From contig CAXQUZ010000757.1 of the NCBI GenBank assembly GCA_964226865.1, positions 2,370-66,369 of the forward strand: a stretch of DNA of 64,000 bases. Reading direction: 5' to 3'. Position numbers and translations under genes: made by a program. Position 1 is the first letter of the stretch; each line of letters starts with the position of its first letter. Source of the DNA: Myxococcota bacterium. GTDB taxonomy: Bacteria > Myxococcota_A > UBA796 > UBA2385. A model generated the notes under the pieces. The model was not told the origin of the DNA. It saw nothing but the letters and a program-made list of their open reading frames with translations, and did no database searches. Shown piece by piece: positions 62,297 through 64,000 of the stretch.

Positions 62297-63669
62297 GCGG
62301 GACCGAAGGCGTGGCTGCTGAGGCTGCCGAGGGCCCGGTGGAGGGGGTGGTCGGGGTTGGCCTCGACCGCCCGCACCATGGCCTCCATCTCGTCGAGCAC
62401 GGGGGGCGGCGGCCCGTAGACATCGCCCTGGAGCAGGGCCAGCACGTCGAGGCGGTGGGCGGGCTGGGAGAGGAACCAGGTGAAGAGCACGTTGAGCCGG
62501 TAGTAGAGGCTGATGAAGCGGTGCCAGGTGGCCGTGCCCCGGCGCATCATGGCGGCGTAGTCGGCGAAGTCGGCGGCCACGGGCGGACGCCCCTGGGCCC
62601 GGGAGGCGCGCACGGCCCGGGCGGCGGCGCTGGCCCCGGTGAGCGCGATGCTCACGCCGCTGGAGAAGATGGGATCGACGAAGCGGGCGGCGTCGCCCAC
62701 CAGCAGGAAGTCGTCGCCGTGGAGGGCGCGCATGGCGTAGCTGTAGTCGGCCTCGAGGCGCAGGGGCCGCACCCGCTCGGCCGCCGCCACCCGGGCCGCC
62801 AGCGCCGGCGTCGTCGCGAGACAGGCCGCGAAGAAGTCCGCCGCGCTGCCGCCGTGGGCCCGCCGGTCGCGCCGCTGGGCGACCACCCCGATGCTCGTGT
62901 GGTCGTCGTCGATGGGGATCTGCCAGATCCAGGCGTCGCGGAAGGGCAGGAAGTGGACCCAGATGTGGTCGGCCCGGTCGGTGCCCCGGTCGAAGCCCCG
63001 GAACCAGCTGTGGACGGCGAGCTGGTCGAAGACCGGGTCGTGCACCCGCAGGCCGAGCTGGCGCCCGAGCACCGTGGCCCGGCCGCTGCAGTCGAGCACG
63101 ATGTGGGCCCGCAGGGTGGCGGGGCCGCCGGGGCCCTGGAGGCGGAGGCGGGCCGGGCCGTGGGCGCCGCCGAGCTCGACCCCGGCCACCGCCGTCTCCT
63201 CGCGCACCTCGGCCCCGACCGACCGGGCGTGGTCGAGCAGGATCTTGTCGAAGCGGGCCCGGTCGACGTGGAAGGTGTGGGGGCGGTCGACGCCGGGCTG
63301 GGGCCGCTCGGCGAAGCGCAGGCTCGCGGTGGTGGCGGGCAGGGAGCCCGATGCAGACCCGGGCACGGCGAGGCCCTGCCAGTCGTGGGCGTGGAGGCGC
63401 GGGCTGCCGTGGGCCTGCCAGACGGCGCCGTACTTGCGGGGAAAGCCCGCCGCCTCGATGGTCTCGAGCAGCCCCAGCTCGGCGAGCACCCGGTTGGCCG
63501 CCGGCACCAGCGACTCGCCGACGTGGGGCCGAGGGAAGCGGGCGCGCTCGAGCACGACACAGCGCAGCCCGTCCGGAGCGAGCAGCCCCGCTGCCGCCGC
63601 GCCGGCCGGACCGCCGCCGATGATGGCGACATCGTAGGGACGCGGGTCACGGGCAGCAGGGGCGGGCAT
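62287..63669 (-). CDS. Flavin-dependent halogenase-like FAD enzyme (CndH/PltA-type motifs)
   Basis: ORF 62287..63804 trimmed to ATG 63669. DVAIIGGGPAGAAAAG (GxGxxG), HVGESLVP, FPRKYGAVW (conserved Lys position), AWIWQIPI (WxWxIP) and LVGDAARFVDPIFSSGV. Confidence 0.78.
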   Translation of the reverse strand: MPAPAARDPRPYDVAIIGGGPAGAAAAGLLAPDGLRCVVLERARFPRPHVGESLVPAANRVLAELGLLETIEAAGFPRKYGAVWQAHGSPRLHAHDWQGLAVPGSASGSLPATTASLRFAERPQPGVDRPHTFHVDRARFDKILLDHARSVGAEVREETAVAGVELGGAHGPARLRLQGPGGPATLRAHIVLDCSGRATVLGRQLGLRVHDPVFDQLAVHSWFRGFDRGTDRADHIWVHFLPFRDAWIWQIPIDDDHTSIGVVAQRRDRRAHGGSAADFFAACLATTPALAARVAAAERVRPLRLEADYSYAMRALHGDDFLLVGDAARFVDPIFSSGVSIALTGASAAARAVRASRAQGRPPVAADFADYAAMMRRGTATWHRFISLYYRLNVLFTWFLSQPAHRLDVLALLQGDVYGPPPPVLDEMEAMVRAVEANPDHPLHRALGSLSSHAFGPACP

Positions 63670-63728
63670 CGCGGGGCACTCCGAGAGACACGGGACGGGA
63701 CGGGGCGGCCCCCGACCAAGGCCGGAGC

Positions 63729-64000
63729 TTAGCCCGGTGGGCGCGCGGCCCCAGGGCGGCGCAGCTTGCCCCGCGCGGTCCGGGGCAGGGCCTCCACGAA
63801 GCACAGCTCATCGGGCAGCAGCGCGGCCGGCAGGCGCTGGCGCAGGGCCCGCCAGGCCGCCCGCAGGTCGGCCGGGGCGCCCGGATCCGCCTCGAGGGCG
63901 GCCACCAGGGCCCTGCCCGTCCAGTCGACCCGGGCCGCCGCCACCCCGGGCAGGGCCGCGCAGGCCGCCTCGACCTCCTCGGGCTGGATGCGGAAGCCCC
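63729..64000 (-). CDS. C-terminal fragment of an adenylate-forming enzyme (AMP-dependent synthetase/ligase); 5' part lies outside the window
   Basis: The frame is open to the window edge: GFRIQPEEVEAACAALPGVAAARV...FVEALPRTARGKLRR (A8 to A10 motifs of ANL adenylation domains). The tracked ORF 63729..63944 is only its tail. Confidence 0.72.
   Translation of the reverse strand, partial: GFRIQPEEVEAACAALPGVAAARVDWTGRALVAALEADPGAPADLRAAWRALRQRLPAALLPDELCFVEALPRTARGKLRRPGAARPPG

Noticed and set aside
63729-63944. The tracked 71-aa ORF as a complete small gene
   Set aside because: The frame stays open upstream to the window end and reads as adenylation-domain motifs A8-A10. It is the tail of a larger gene.
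1-64000. A genomic island, prophage or mobile element explaining the unusual loci
   Set aside because: No transposase, integrase, tRNA, or direct or inverted terminal repeats were seen. Base composition and codon style look uniform across the window by eye (not computed).

Overview
Very GC-rich, densely coding bacterial chromosomal segment. Third codon positions are almost all G/C, so every region carries long spurious shadow ORFs in other frames. I chose frames by amino-acid composition, recognisable motifs, start/RBS context and gene spacing. All family calls come from motif recognition by eye; no searches were run. I call about 43 protein genes. I saw no rRNA, tRNA, CRISPR array, transposase or integrase. 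The domain repertoire (thrombospondin-type-3-repeat lipoprotein, FG-GAP/ASPIC proteins, MbnP/MbnH-type pair, RegB/RegA) looks Myxococcota-like; this is inference only. Ordinary blocks are: the methylmalonyl-CoA mutase operon (mutA-mutB-meaB), a Tat-dependent GMC oxidoreductase pair, a methyltransferase-RegB-RegA operon, a SulP/LysR divergent pair, Zur plus a COG0523 zinc chaperone, HflX, FIST plus a hybrid histidine kinase, and SpeA. Stand-outs: (1) A tightly coupled 16.3 kb four-gene minus-strand operon (41291 down to 25005; 604, 2477, 1191 and 1136 aa). It has no signal peptides and no NTPase or catalytic motifs that I can see. Its only recognisable pieces are propeller-like repeats, an embedded OmpA-like peptidoglycan-binding motif, a P-G-x-V micro-repeat, an FN3-like end and a catalytically dead PLD-like domain. 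This is my best candidate for an undescribed system. (2) A Dlt-like acylation locus at the right edge: adenylating-enzyme fragment, carrier-type flavin-dependent halogenase, MBOAT, an untracked 52-aa ORF ending in the DltX-like motif FIYALF, and an SGNH-like/TPR protein. (3) An orphan flagellin-family gene whose variable region is replaced by a VWA domain with a MIDAS motif. (4) An MbnP/MbnH-like copper 'metallo-mystery' pair. (5) A beta-propeller gene that changes frame in a GC-rich tract.
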